The position numbers were made by a program, and so were the translations under genes. Below are positions 22,627 to 32,266 of a stretch of 64,000 bases of DNA, one piece after another; position 1 is the first letter of the stretch; each line of letters begins with the position of its first letter. The notes below the pieces were generated by a model that made no database searches, was not told where the DNA came from, and saw only the letters and a list, made by a program, of their open reading frames with translations. Origin of the DNA: Candidatus Omnitrophota bacterium (GTDB lineage Bacteria; Omnitrophota; Gorgyraeia; JACQQV01); contig JACQQV010000008.1 in assembly GCA_016206785.1 (NCBI GenBank), positions 4,402-68,401 of the forward strand, read 5' to 3'.

Positions 22627-23507
22627 GCGAACAGATTCAGTCGACGATGCTCCTCGATGAGCCGTTGTCACGGCATACCTCGCTCCGGATAGGAGGTCCT
22701 GCATGGGCCTGGATTTGGGTGAAAGACCTCGAGAATCTTCTTAAAATTCTTCAGTTTTCAAAAGAAGAAAACCGTCCTGTCACCCTCATGGGGGGCGGCT
22801 GTAATATCCTTCCGAAGGACAAAGGGTATGAGGGCATCGTTCTCAACCTACGGACCCCCTTTTTCCGACGGATGGAGCTGGGGGGAGAGACAACGCTTCG
22901 CGTTGGAGCGGGGGTCTCTTTGGAAGAACTCGTCGCGTTTACGAGAAGGAAGGGACTAGGAGGTCTTGAGATGATGACGGGGGTTCCGGGAACGGTGGGA
23001 GGGGCGATCGCCGTCAATGCCGGAAGCCACGACCGGTCGATCGGTGATCAGGTCGAAGAAATCGTTTTTCTGAACGCCAAGAAAGAGGTGGTTCGGCTTC
23101 GAAAAGGGGAGATCCATTTTGAATATCGTGCCTCCAATCTGGCCAATGGAATTATTCTTGAGTCGAAACTGAAAGTCGCGCCGGTCAATCGCGCCCAACT
23201 GGATGAACAGTGTCGGCAATTCCTGATTTATAAAAAAAATACACAGGATTTGGTGAGACCGAGTGCGGGATGCATCTTCAAGAATCCAAAAAATGGTCAC
23301 AAAACGAGTGGAGAACTCATTGATCTCTCGGGACTGAAGGGACTACGAATCGGAGATGCGCAGGTTTCGGAGAAGCATGCCAATTTTATCGTGAATCTGG
23401 GTCACGCCACTTCGGACCATGTCTTTGCACTGATCGATCGGGTCCGGCAGAGGGTGAAAAAAGATCATCGCTGCGAATTAGAACTGGAGGTTCGGCTCTT
23501 GGCATGA
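22575..23507 (+). CDS. murB: UDP-N-acetylenolpyruvoylglucosamine reductase MurB.
   Basis: FAD-binding RIGGPA. C-terminal MurB domain. Start could also be the internal ATG near 22644. Confidence 0.85.
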   Translation: MFTRNSFVDPQTLRDHLSEQIQSTMLLDEPLSRHTSLRIGGPAWAWIWVKDLENLLKILQFSKEENRPVTLMGGGCNILPKDKGYEGIVLNLRTPFFRRMELGGETTLRVGAGVSLEELVAFTRRKGLGGLEMMTGVPGTVGGAIAVNAGSHDRSIGDQVEEIVFLNAKKEVVRLRKGEIHFEYRASNLANGIILESKLKVAPVNRAQLDEQCRQFLIYKKNTQDLVRPSAGCIFKNPKNGHKTSGELIDLSGLKGLRIGDAQVSEKHANFIVNLGHATSDHVFALIDRVRQRVKKDHRCELELEVRLLA

Positions 23508-24496
23508 AGTCGCTTACCGAAAAAGAACGTGAAGTCTTATCAGATCTCCGTCGGTCAAAGACGATCGGCGTTCTCATGGGAGGGTCCTCTTCCGAACGGG
23601 ACATCTCTCTCAAATCAGGTGCAGCGGTTTTAACACACCTCTCAGAGGGGGGGTATCGGGTGGAACCGTGTGCCTTTGACAGGGAAGAGGAATTACCCGT
23701 TCAATTAAAGAAGAAAAGAATTCAGCTCGCCTTTTTGGCCCTTCACGGAAAATTTGGAGAAGACGGAACGGTTCAGGCCCTTTTGGAATCTTTAAAGATT
23801 TCTTATACCGGCTCGGATGTTTTGGCGAGCCGGCGGGCGATTGACAAATGGGCTGCCAAAGAGACGTTTCGCAAGAAAGGACTTCTGACCCCCGTTTCGT
23901 GGATGGTGAAACCCTCAGATCCGATCCCTTCTTCAGGCTTTTCCTTTCCCATCGTCGTAAAACCGGTGTGTCAGGGATCGAGCATCGGGCTTTCCATTGT
24001 AGATCGTCCGGAGGAGTTACCGGAGGCGGTCAAGAAGGCTTTTCAGTTTGATGCCCGTGTTCTTCTTGAGGAATATATCCGAGGATCAGAGCTCACGGTA
24101 GGGATTCTCGGAGAAGAGGCCCTTCCGGTGATCCAGATTCTCCCGGGAAACCGTTGCTATGACTATGAAGCCAAGTACACAAGTGATAAGACCCAGTTTC
24201 TGATTCCGGCGCCGATCGATGATGGGACTACCTGCTCAGTTCAGGAAGCTGCGCTTCAGGCCCATGAGGCGTTGGGATGTTCTTCCTTTTCTCGGGTCGA
24301 CCTTCTTTTGAATGAGGAAGGACAACCCGTCATCTTGGAAGTCAACACGATTCCGGGAATGACAGCACGGAGCCTCCTTCCCAAGGCCTGTGAGGCGGCG
24401 GGGATCTCTTTTCTAGAACTGTGCGAGCGATTGCTTCTCATGGCGCTTTTCAAAACAAAGACACAGGGCATCCATGCCGAAAAAAAATCCCAGTAA
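23504..24496 (+). CDS. ddl: D-alanine--D-alanine ligase.
   Basis: ATP-grasp. LHGKFGEDGTVQ and EVNTIPGMT motifs. Confidence 0.9.
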   Translation: MKSLTEKEREVLSDLRRSKTIGVLMGGSSSERDISLKSGAAVLTHLSEGGYRVEPCAFDREEELPVQLKKKRIQLAFLALHGKFGEDGTVQALLESLKISYTGSDVLASRRAIDKWAAKETFRKKGLLTPVSWMVKPSDPIPSSGFSFPIVVKPVCQGSSIGLSIVDRPEELPEAVKKAFQFDARVLLEEYIRGSELTVGILGEEALPVIQILPGNRCYDYEAKYTSDKTQFLIPAPIDDGTTCSVQEAALQAHEALGCSSFSRVDLLLNEEGQPVILEVNTIPGMTARSLLPKACEAAGISFLELCERLLLMALFKTKTQGIHAEKKSQ

Positions 24497-25286
24497 ACCG
24501 ACCAAAAAGAAGAAAAGAGACTTCCCCCTCGGAAACTTTTTTGTAGGGATCGTGGGAAGGATGCTGCGGATTGGCATTCCGCTGGCCTTCTTTGGATTTT
24601 TCTTCTTTTTCCTTTCAAAGGCTACACTTCATTTCTTGAGTCGTTCTCCCTATTTTTCCATTGAAACCGTGGAGGCCTCTTCCTCGAAGAGCGGCTTTGC
24701 GTTTCAGGACCAGAGCCTGATGGGTTCTCTCCTGGGTCGGAATATCTTTTCGGTCGATCTTTCCGCCCTCCAAGAGGAGGTCAAGGAAAAACATCCCGAA
24801 CTCCTCACCGCAAAGGTCGAGCGCACCTTTCCTAACCGCATCCGTATCGATGTCACGCCGCGTACGCCTGTCGCCCAAGTCCAGAGCGGCGGTTATTTAT
24901 TGGTAGACAAAGACGGCGTCATCCTTCCATTTCCCCAAGGTCCTCATGAGAAGAATCTCCCGATCATCGTCGGTGTCCAAGAAAAACTGGAACGGCTTCA
25001 AGTCGGATATCAGCTCGTCTCCAAGGCATTGGATGAGGCGCTTCTCTTTGTTGAGACGATTGAAAAACTGCCGGAGTTTTCCCGTTACGTCCACACCATT
25101 GATGTCAGCGACTACAAAAACCTTTCTTTCAGGACGACGGAAGGACTGGAGGTCAAGGTGGGTCACGGAGACTTTAAAGAGAAGTTGTACCGCTTTGACC
25201 GCACGCGGGTCACGCTCGGCGGTCGGATCGGGGAGGTCAAGTATATCGATCTTCGATTTGACGAAGTCGTCATCGGTTCCCGATAA
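24474..25286 (+). CDS. ftsQ: Cell division protein FtsQ (POTRA).
   Basis: Lys-rich N-terminus, single TM, POTRA/FtsQ domain. Position between ddl and ftsA. Confidence 0.75.
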   Translation: MPKKNPSKPTKKKKRDFPLGNFFVGIVGRMLRIGIPLAFFGFFFFFLSKATLHFLSRSPYFSIETVEASSSKSGFAFQDQSLMGSLLGRNIFSVDLSALQEEVKEKHPELLTAKVERTFPNRIRIDVTPRTPVAQVQSGGYLLVDKDGVILPFPQGPHEKNLPIIVGVQEKLERLQVGYQLVSKALDEALLFVETIEKLPEFSRYVHTIDVSDYKNLSFRTTEGLEVKVGHGDFKEKLYRFDRTRVTLGGRIGEVKYIDLRFDEVVIGSR

Positions 25287-25299
25287 GGACTCTTTTCGA

Positions 25300-26502
25300 A
25301 TGAAGAAGAACTGGATGTGTGGCATTGAGATGGGATCGAGCAAGATGGTTGGCTCGGTCGGCAGGATCAAGGGAACGACCCTTTCCATTTTTGGGGCTGC
25401 CTGGGTGGATGCCGGCGGGATGACGAAAGGGGTTGTCTCAGATTTAGGAGAGGCCTCCTCAGCCATGAAGGAGCTGGTGGACCGTCTCGAATTTCAAACC
25501 AAACTCCGTCTGGAAGGAACCCTTTTGGGTGTGCAGGGATCGCATCTTGAATGTGTGAGCATTCAGGGAAAAGATCTGATTTCTGAGAAAGGAAGAGAGA
25601 TTGCCTCACGGGAAGTTCGGCGGGCGCTTCAAGCAGCTCAATCGGTTTCTCTGCCGATGAATCGCCGGGCCCTCCACGCCCTCCTTCAGGGTTACGACGT
25701 GGATGGTCAAGAAGGGATTCGTAACCCGATCGGGATGTACGCGACCCGATTCAGAGTTCATCTTAAAGTGATCACAGGAAACAGTTCTTTTATTCAAAAT
25801 GCGGTGACATGCGTCAATCGGGCGGGACTCGAGGTGGAGGGGATTGTCTTTTCAGGGTATGCCACAGCGCTCGCCGTTTTGGAAAGGGAAGAGCGAAATT
25901 TTGGGTGTGGTCTTCTTGAAATCGGTGAAGGGACAAGTAGTTTCCTCGCCTTTCGGGGTGGAGGGGTGACGCACCTTAAGGTTTTTCCCGTCGGAGGAGA
26001 ACTCATTACCCAACAGATTGCCGAGCGTTTTCAGATTCCCCTTCAGGAAGCAGAGACCCTGAAGAAACAGTACGGCTCCCTGATCTTAAGTAGCTCTGCA
26101 AAAGATCATGAATTTCTTGTGAGCGACGGCACCCGTCAAAAGGTCATTCGGCGGGCGGAACTTTGCGAGGTCATCCAAGGAGCCGTGGAAAAGCTCCTGC
26201 AGACTTTTAAGAAGGAGGTCAAAGAACTCCCTTCTCCCAACGCAACCCTTATTCTGGCGGGAGGCACAGCCCTCCTGGAAGGGATGGTGGAAGGGACGAG
26301 CCAATTTTTTCAGTGCCGTGTGCGTCTCGGCGAAGTTCAAGAGGTCCATTCTACCAAGCCTCTCCCGCTTCCTTTTGCCACTTCCGTCGGTCTTCTCCGG
26401 TACGGATACGAAAAACAAAAAGAAGGAAAGGAACTTCTTCCAGAAGGGCCTGTCGGGAAAGCCTTCACGAAGGTCAAAGAACTTTTTCTGGATTATTTTT
26501 AG
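25300..26502 (+). CDS. ftsA: Cell division protein FtsA (actin-like).
   Basis: CGIEMGSSKMVGSV N-terminus. ILAGGTALLEGM. Actin-fold motifs. No ftsZ follows. Confidence 0.85.
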   Translation: MKKNWMCGIEMGSSKMVGSVGRIKGTTLSIFGAAWVDAGGMTKGVVSDLGEASSAMKELVDRLEFQTKLRLEGTLLGVQGSHLECVSIQGKDLISEKGREIASREVRRALQAAQSVSLPMNRRALHALLQGYDVDGQEGIRNPIGMYATRFRVHLKVITGNSSFIQNAVTCVNRAGLEVEGIVFSGYATALAVLEREERNFGCGLLEIGEGTSSFLAFRGGGVTHLKVFPVGGELITQQIAERFQIPLQEAETLKKQYGSLILSSSAKDHEFLVSDGTRQKVIRRAELCEVIQGAVEKLLQTFKKEVKELPSPNATLILAGGTALLEGMVEGTSQFFQCRVRLGEVQEVHSTKPLPLPFATSVGLLRYGYEKQKEGKELLPEGPVGKAFTKVKELFLDYF

Positions 26503-28421
26503 TAAAGACCGGCAGGGTTAAAGATAATTTCGATTTCTTCAGGGGGGTTCTCGATCCTGATGAATCCTAAATCATCCCCCTCCAGATCTTCCTTCCCAAT
26601 CTTCCGCTCCGGGTAAGTTCGGATTCCTGGAGACCAGTGATACTTCAAGATCACCTCACCCGCCTCAGCCTCCACCTCTTTTAAAGAGATCCGGTTAAAA
26701 TCGGCAGAGACCCTTCCCGAACCTTTTAGAAAAAAGCTCCCGGTGTGATGGATCTGGTAGCAAGCGAAAGGACCGATCAACGCCTCTTCCTTAAGATAGG
26801 AAGGAGATAGGTGTCTTAAGTATTTCTTCGCCATTTGGCTAAAGCAGATGACCCATCGGATATTATAACGATCTACGTACTCCCGGAAGGCTGCGGAGGA
26901 AAGTTGTTCAATCGGCTTTCCTAAGAGTCTTCCATCCGTGAAGCCCATGAGGAGAAGTTGAGAAGGGACCTCAGGGGTAGGAGGGGTAATGACCTCCCTT
27001 CCGGTTAAAAGAGGGACAATGGCGGGAAGATGGGTCCCCCAATACACATGGTGAGGATGGTCGCTATCCTCCATCAAGAGACGTCCTTCTTGACCCCTAT
27101 TTTTTTGTACCCAGGCCAGAAGCCGATCAAGTTCTAGCGGCCTCATGGAAGTGGTGAGGGGGGAAGATGAGGCAAAGTTTTTCTCTTTAAGGAAGAGGCG
27201 TTTGACGCAGAAGGTATAGCGATTTTTATCGGTGGCGATACTCTGAAGGAGACCCAGAAGGATGATTCCATAAAAAAGGAGGAGAGAAGCCTTTTGAAGA
27301 TCGAGAGAGATAACCTTTTTTCCTTGCCGGCGCAACAGATCGAAAAACTGCGAACCCTTTTCGGCGATCAAGGCTGAGGCCGGAACCGACAGAAAAAGTG
27401 AGAGGGGCCAATCATAGCGATGTCTCTGAAGGAGGAGGGCGGTAGGCCCTTTGAGGAAAAACATGAAACTGAAGAGAAGGGCGATACCGACGGCAAAGGG
27501 GACTGCGGCGTTAAACTTCCTCCGGAACCATCTCCCCGTTCCCCAGAGGCCTAACATGAGAAGGAGAATCCGTGAAGCATCCTGATGGAGATACCAGGCG
27601 GAGAGCGTCGGCGGTTTCTCAAGGAACGCCCCAGAGAGGGCCGTGTGGAGAAAAGAGCGATAATGGAAATAGGGAAGAATCCAGAAAAGATTTGCGGCCA
27701 CGGTGACAAAGAGACCGAGCCCACCCAGGAGAGGGATCCCCCTCGGTTTTCTCTTCAGGGCACAAAGTAACAGCATCACGGCGGGAGGGAAGAGAATGCT
27801 GAAGGTCACCGTGTGGATCAAAAGGGCGAACGCCCCCCATAAGCAGAAAAGGAAAAAGGAGCGTAAGGTCCGTGCTTCGAGAAAATGAAGAAGGGTCACA
27901 AGGGCGAGGAGTGCCGGTGGACAGGCGAGGATATAGGAAATAGAACCCCACCGGACACTTGAGATATTTGGAATTTTCCAGAAGAAGAGCATTCCGAGGA
28001 TCCCGGCAATTGCAATAGAGGAAGAACGGAGTTTTAACGCCTTGGTGGCAGCCATGATCCAAAAAGGAAAAGTCAAGAGACCGATCAAGATATAAAGTTT
28101 CAGGAGTTCGGCAGCGTCTGCGAAAGGAAAAAGGAGAGAAAGCACCTGTTCCCCTTTGGAACTACTGATGGCAAAGGGATAATAGGGATAGCCAGCAAGA
28201 TGATACGGGCTGTAACCCCACAGCGTTCGCGAGGTCTTAAAGAGGATCCGTGCGTCATAAAGAGAAGAAGAGCGAAACGCATAGTCATCGGTGAGAAGCG
28301 GTCTTCCACTTCCCCATTCAAAGAAGGAGACGAAGCCGAGTATCCCAAAAAGATGCAAGGCATAGAAAAGAACAAAAAGAGATACAACAGGACGCTTCCA
28401 AAGAAGTTCAAAGGGTTTCAT
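26499..28421 (-). CDS. Large polytopic membrane protein, putative GT-C-type glycosyltransferase, with a ~250-aa C-terminal soluble domain.
   Basis: 640-aa ORF. At least 10 predicted TM segments over the first ~400 aa. Convergent with ftsA. Function unknown. Confidence 0.4.
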   Translation of the reverse strand: MKPFELLWKRPVVSLFVLFYALHLFGILGFVSFFEWGSGRPLLTDDYAFRSSSLYDARILFKTSRTLWGYSPYHLAGYPYYPFAISSSKGEQVLSLLFPFADAAELLKLYILIGLLTFPFWIMAATKALKLRSSSIAIAGILGMLFFWKIPNISSVRWGSISYILACPPALLALVTLLHFLEARTLRSFFLFCLWGAFALLIHTVTFSILFPPAVMLLLCALKRKPRGIPLLGGLGLFVTVAANLFWILPYFHYRSFLHTALSGAFLEKPPTLSAWYLHQDASRILLLMLGLWGTGRWFRRKFNAAVPFAVGIALLFSFMFFLKGPTALLLQRHRYDWPLSLFLSVPASALIAEKGSQFFDLLRRQGKKVISLDLQKASLLLFYGIILLGLLQSIATDKNRYTFCVKRLFLKEKNFASSSPLTTSMRPLELDRLLAWVQKNRGQEGRLLMEDSDHPHHVYWGTHLPAIVPLLTGREVITPPTPEVPSQLLLMGFTDGRLLGKPIEQLSSAAFREYVDRYNIRWVICFSQMAKKYLRHLSPSYLKEEALIGPFACYQIHHTGSFFLKGSGRVSADFNRISLKEVEAEAGEVILKYHWSPGIRTYPERKIGKEDLEGDDLGFIRIENPPEEIEIIFNPAGLY

Positions 28422-30496
28422 TGCACTTTAAGTGTTTCAACTCGTTTTAGATTCTCAACGGTCTCGTTGGCATAGGGATTCACCTTTAAAATATCCTTGA
28501 ATTCCTTCTCTGCTTTTTCAAGTTCACCCTTCTCTGCATAAAGAATTCCGAGGGCGTTATGCGCTGAAAGATAAGCGGCGTCAAAAGGGCTCACACGACG
28601 ATATTCTTTTTCCGCGTAGAGCCACTGTTTCCTGCTCGCATAAAGCCTTCCCAGTTGGAATCGGCTTTCTCCAAAATGAGGATTCAGCCTCACACTCTCC
28701 TTGAATTCTTTGAGAGCCAGGTCTTCCTTTCCCATGAGGGTATAGAGAACCCCTAGACTATAACGGAAGAGGTAGACTGTGGGTTGAAGGGCCACCGCCT
28801 GACGATAGGCGGATAACGCCTCTTCAAGTTTTCCTTGTTGACGGAGGAGATTTCCAAGGTTGTGATAAATGAGAGCACTCCGGGGTGAACGAGAAAGGTT
28901 TTTTCTGTAGAGAACCTCTGCTTTATCCACGATCCCCATCTTTCCATAAAAATCAGCGAGCCTTAGTTCAGCCGTCGAATCTTCAGCATTCAAAGGAATG
29001 GGGTCCTTTGCCAGATCGATGGCGTGAGCATGGAGGATGGGGCGATTTTCAGGGCTTTTCTTCATAAAAATGATGATCTGTTCATCCAGATAAATGGGGA
29101 CCCATTCAGCATCGCGGGAGAGCCAGCGTAGAAAGTTCGCTTGTTTTTGGATCGTGTGATCCAAGATGCAGAAGTTAATGTTGTACTTTTCCACCCATTT
29201 CGGCCAGAAAGCCGGAACATTGAAGAGGTGAAAAAGTTCTTGGAAGAAAGATGCTCCATAGACTTCGAGTCGCCCATCCATGAAGACCTTCCTTTCCGGG
29301 TAAAGGCGCCAGATGAGGTAATTTCCAACGTCCAGACCCGAGTTAAAGAAATTCCCGGGGAGATCACTTTCTGCAATAAAATTTGCTGCTTGAATGCAAT
29401 AGCGGTGTTCCGAAACGCCCAGGCCAAATCTTTTGTGAAGTCCTTCGTGGACATAAAAGGCGTTCGTTACAAAGGGGAGCGGCAGAAGAAGCGTCAAGGA
29501 GAAGAGAAGGTGCGTTTTCACGCCTTCTAAAAAACGCAGCCTTTCGTGAGAAAGGCCTTCAAGATTTTTAAGGAGAAGGAAACAACAAACGAAGGAAAAG
29601 GGAGCGATATTCCTTCTCGCTAAGAGAGAAAGGAAGGCAAAGATCAAAAATAAGACACCGTGAGAATAAGAGAAGCGTTTATGGTTTAGAAGAAAGGAAA
29701 AAGAGGTAAGAAGTAATAACGTTTTGTAAAGAAGGAGGGTGATACTCGCGTCATAGGTCGCGAGAGGCCTCGTGAATTCACCGATCCCCGCTGTGAAGAT
29801 TTCAATTTCACCGCTAATCCGGCTGTAAAGCGTCAGGGGAAAGAGGGATCCCTTCACGCCATACGGATTCACAAGCGTTGCAGCACTGGAGAGGAGAAAA
29901 AAGAGAAGGAGTCTTGCAGGGAACGATTTTTTCTCACAGATTTCACCGACGCAGAAAGCCCCGATGGCCAAGAGTCCAAAGATGAAGAGGCTGTGGCTAT
30001 TGACCCAAAGGATCTGAAGCAATGGGAGGAGGAACAGTCGTTTCGTGGGGCCCCGACGCTCCTTTTCAAGGATTAAAAGGGTAATGACCAGAAGAAGGAA
30101 ACTGAGCACCTCCGGTCGCTCAACGAGACGTTCGTGAGCTGTCCAGAGGGTTAAGGAAAGGATGGGGAGAAGAAGCAATGGTTCGATTTTTCGATAGAAA
30201 AATCGGAAGAGAAGAAAAAAGGTGAGTGTGGCAATGAAGACCTTAAAAAAAATGATCCCGTTAATCCCGAGCAGCTTGTAAAAAAAATAGATGAGGAGTT
30301 GAAAAAACCAGGAGAGATCGATCCAGGGATGGGTGGAGACGGTATAAGAGAAAAGGTCTATCCGAGGAATCGCATGGTGCTTCCAAATCCACTCCCCTGT
30401 TTTTAAATGCCACCAGACATCATAGGCCCAAAGGGTGTGGGTGACGGAGAGGATGACCCCAAGAAAAAAGAGAAAAATGATTACTTTCTCTCTCAT
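28418..30496 (-). CDS. Polytopic membrane protein (GT-C/PMT-like N-terminal region) with a C-terminal TPR repeat domain.
   Basis: The track ORF (to 31240) overlaps the bona fide pilB on the other strand, so the start is placed at ATG 30496 (MREKVIIFLFFLG...). Multi-TM N-terminal half. C-terminal TPRs (ALIYHNLGNLLRQQGKLEEALSAYRQAVALQP...). Confidence 0.5.
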   Translation of the reverse strand: MREKVIIFLFFLGVILSVTHTLWAYDVWWHLKTGEWIWKHHAIPRIDLFSYTVSTHPWIDLSWFFQLLIYFFYKLLGINGIIFFKVFIATLTFFLLFRFFYRKIEPLLLLPILSLTLWTAHERLVERPEVLSFLLLVITLLILEKERRGPTKRLFLLPLLQILWVNSHSLFIFGLLAIGAFCVGEICEKKSFPARLLLFFLLSSAATLVNPYGVKGSLFPLTLYSRISGEIEIFTAGIGEFTRPLATYDASITLLLYKTLLLLTSFSFLLNHKRFSYSHGVLFLIFAFLSLLARRNIAPFSFVCCFLLLKNLEGLSHERLRFLEGVKTHLLFSLTLLLPLPFVTNAFYVHEGLHKRFGLGVSEHRYCIQAANFIAESDLPGNFFNSGLDVGNYLIWRLYPERKVFMDGRLEVYGASFFQELFHLFNVPAFWPKWVEKYNINFCILDHTIQKQANFLRWLSRDAEWVPIYLDEQIIIFMKKSPENRPILHAHAIDLAKDPIPLNAEDSTAELRLADFYGKMGIVDKAEVLYRKNLSRSPRSALIYHNLGNLLRQQGKLEEALSAYRQAVALQPTVYLFRYSLGVLYTLMGKEDLALKEFKESVRLNPHFGESRFQLGRLYASRKQWLYAEKEYRRVSPFDAAYLSAHNALGILYAEKGELEKAEKEFKDILKVNPYANETVENLKRVETLKVQ

Positions 30497-30526
30497 AACG
30501 GATACTATACCAAAGGATAGCGTTCG

Positions 30527-30555
30527 TTGACAAGGTGAATATATTATGCTATACT
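30527..30555 (+). promoter_or_regulatory. Consensus sigma70 promoter of the pilB1-pilC1 operon. TTGACA-N17-TGcTATACT.
   Basis: TTGACA at 30527-30532, 17-nt spacer, TATACT at 30550-30555. AAGGAGGAG RBS and GTG start follow. Confidence 0.65.
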
Positions 30556-30583
30556 TAAAGAGGTTACGAAAAAGGAGGAGGTC

Positions 30584-32263
30584 GTGACGCAGACAAAAAG
30601 GTCGATTGGGAAGACGCTTGTGGAAGCGGGCCGACTTTCCAGTGAGGAACTCAGGCAGGCCGAAGAAGAGGCCCGCCAAAAGAACCTTTCCCTGGATGAG
30701 GTCCTGATCCGCAATAACTTCATTTCTCAGGAAGAAAGAGGGGTGCTGTTGGCGGATCAGATGGGGGTCCTCTATGTCGATCTTGAAAATTATCTGGTCG
30801 ACCCCGCCGCCATTGCCCTTGTTTCTGAAGCTTTTGCTAAAAAACATTCCTTGGTTCCCCTTTTCCGGATCGGAAACACCTTGACCGTGGCCATGGCCAA
30901 TCCTCAGGATGTTCTTGTCATCGATGATCTTCGTCAGAAGACCAAATGTGAAATCGAACCCTGCTATACCACCGTCGGTGCCATTCAAAATGCGATCGAT
31001 CAATATTACGGAGTGAGCGGTTCTCTCGAAGAATTGATCAAAGACATCGATCGAGAGAAACTGGCGCAGGAAGCCCAACGGAAGGGGAGGACGCCGGAAC
31101 AGATCGCGGAGGAGGCCCCTATCATTAAACTGGTCAATATGATTGTGATGCAGGCGATCCGCGATCGGGCAAGCGACATCCATGTGGAACCTGCAGAAAC
31201 CGTTCTCCGCATCCGGTATCGTATTGACGGTATCTTGCACGAAATCGTAACCACTCCCCTCGAATTGCAGCCACCGATCGTCTCCCGCATCAAGATCCTT
31301 TCAAAAATGGATATCGCAGAAAAGAGGATTCCACAGGACGGCCGTTTTCAAATGAAGAGCGAGGGGAAAGAAATAGACCTTCGCGTCTCTTCCTTTCCGA
31401 CCGTCTACGGAGAAAATGTGGTGATGCGTCTTCTCGATCGAAGCAATCTCCTCTTAAGCCTCGAGGATATCGGTTTTCCAACGGCAACGCTCAAAAATTA
31501 TAATCAACTGATCCATCGGCCCTACGGCATTATCTTGGTGACCGGACCGACGGGGAGTGGCAAAACCACGACCCTCTATGCCACCCTCCAAGCCATCAAT
31601 ACCGTCGCAAAGAATATCGTTACGATCGAGGACCCTGTCGAATATCATTTGGAACTGGTCCGCCAATGTCAAGTCAACCCGAAAGTGGGTCTGACCTTTG
31701 CCAATGGACTTCGTTCGATCGTCCGCCAAGACCCGGACATCGTGATGGTGGGCGAGATCCGTGATATGGAAACCGCCGAGATCGCGATTCATGCGGCCCT
31801 CACCGGCCAACTCGTTTTCTCAACCCTTCACACCAATGACGCCCCCTCTGCGGTGACACGCCTCGTCGATATGGGGATAGAACCCTTTTTGCTCTCCTCC
31901 TCGGTCGTTGGCGTTTTAGCACAGCGTCTGGTCCGTATCATCTGTCTGAAATGCAAAGCCTCTTATACACCTCCTGCCGAACTCTTGAAAGAGTTAAACC
32001 TGCCGCTCAACACCCTCTTCTACCGGGGAAAGGGATGCAGCCATTGCAAGAATACCGGGTACCGGGGACGGCTCGGTATCTTTCAACTGATGCTCATGAC
32101 CGCGGAAGTGAGGGAGCTTATCTTAAAGAATAGTTCTGCAGACCAAATCCGGAAGGAGGCCCATAGAGCGGGAATGATCACCCTCCGTGACGACGGTCTC
32201 GACAAAGCCCGCCAAGGCATCACGACCGTCGAAGAGGTCCTCCGAGTGACTCAGGAAGTATAA
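30584..32263 (+). CDS. pilB: Type IV pilus / T2SS assembly ATPase (PilB/GspE family).
   Basis: N-terminal GSPII_E_N domain. Walker A GPTGSGKTTT. Asp box. His box. Tetracysteine Zn motif (CLKC...CSHC). Confidence 0.9.
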   Translation: MTQTKRSIGKTLVEAGRLSSEELRQAEEEARQKNLSLDEVLIRNNFISQEERGVLLADQMGVLYVDLENYLVDPAAIALVSEAFAKKHSLVPLFRIGNTLTVAMANPQDVLVIDDLRQKTKCEIEPCYTTVGAIQNAIDQYYGVSGSLEELIKDIDREKLAQEAQRKGRTPEQIAEEAPIIKLVNMIVMQAIRDRASDIHVEPAETVLRIRYRIDGILHEIVTTPLELQPPIVSRIKILSKMDIAEKRIPQDGRFQMKSEGKEIDLRVSSFPTVYGENVVMRLLDRSNLLLSLEDIGFPTATLKNYNQLIHRPYGIILVTGPTGSGKTTTLYATLQAINTVAKNIVTIEDPVEYHLELVRQCQVNPKVGLTFANGLRSIVRQDPDIVMVGEIRDMETAEIAIHAALTGQLVFSTLHTNDAPSAVTRLVDMGIEPFLLSSSVVGVLAQRLVRIICLKCKASYTPPAELLKELNLPLNTLFYRGKGCSHCKNTGYRGRLGIFQLMLMTAEVRELILKNSSADQIRKEAHRAGMITLRDDGLDKARQGITTVEEVLRVTQEV

Positions 32264-32266
32264 ACC

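Noticed and set aside
26503-26520. ftsZ downstream of ftsA.
   Set aside because: All frames after ftsA were searched for the GGGTG(S/T)G tubulin signature and a ~380-aa ORF. Only the 3' end of a convergent membrane-protein gene is present.
28418-31240. Full-length 940-aa minus-strand ORF extending to 31240.
   Set aside because: Its first ~250 codons overlap the bona fide pilB1 gene (Walker A, GSPII_E_N) on the + strand. The start was truncated to ATG 30496, where the hydrophobic N-terminus and a -10 element sit.
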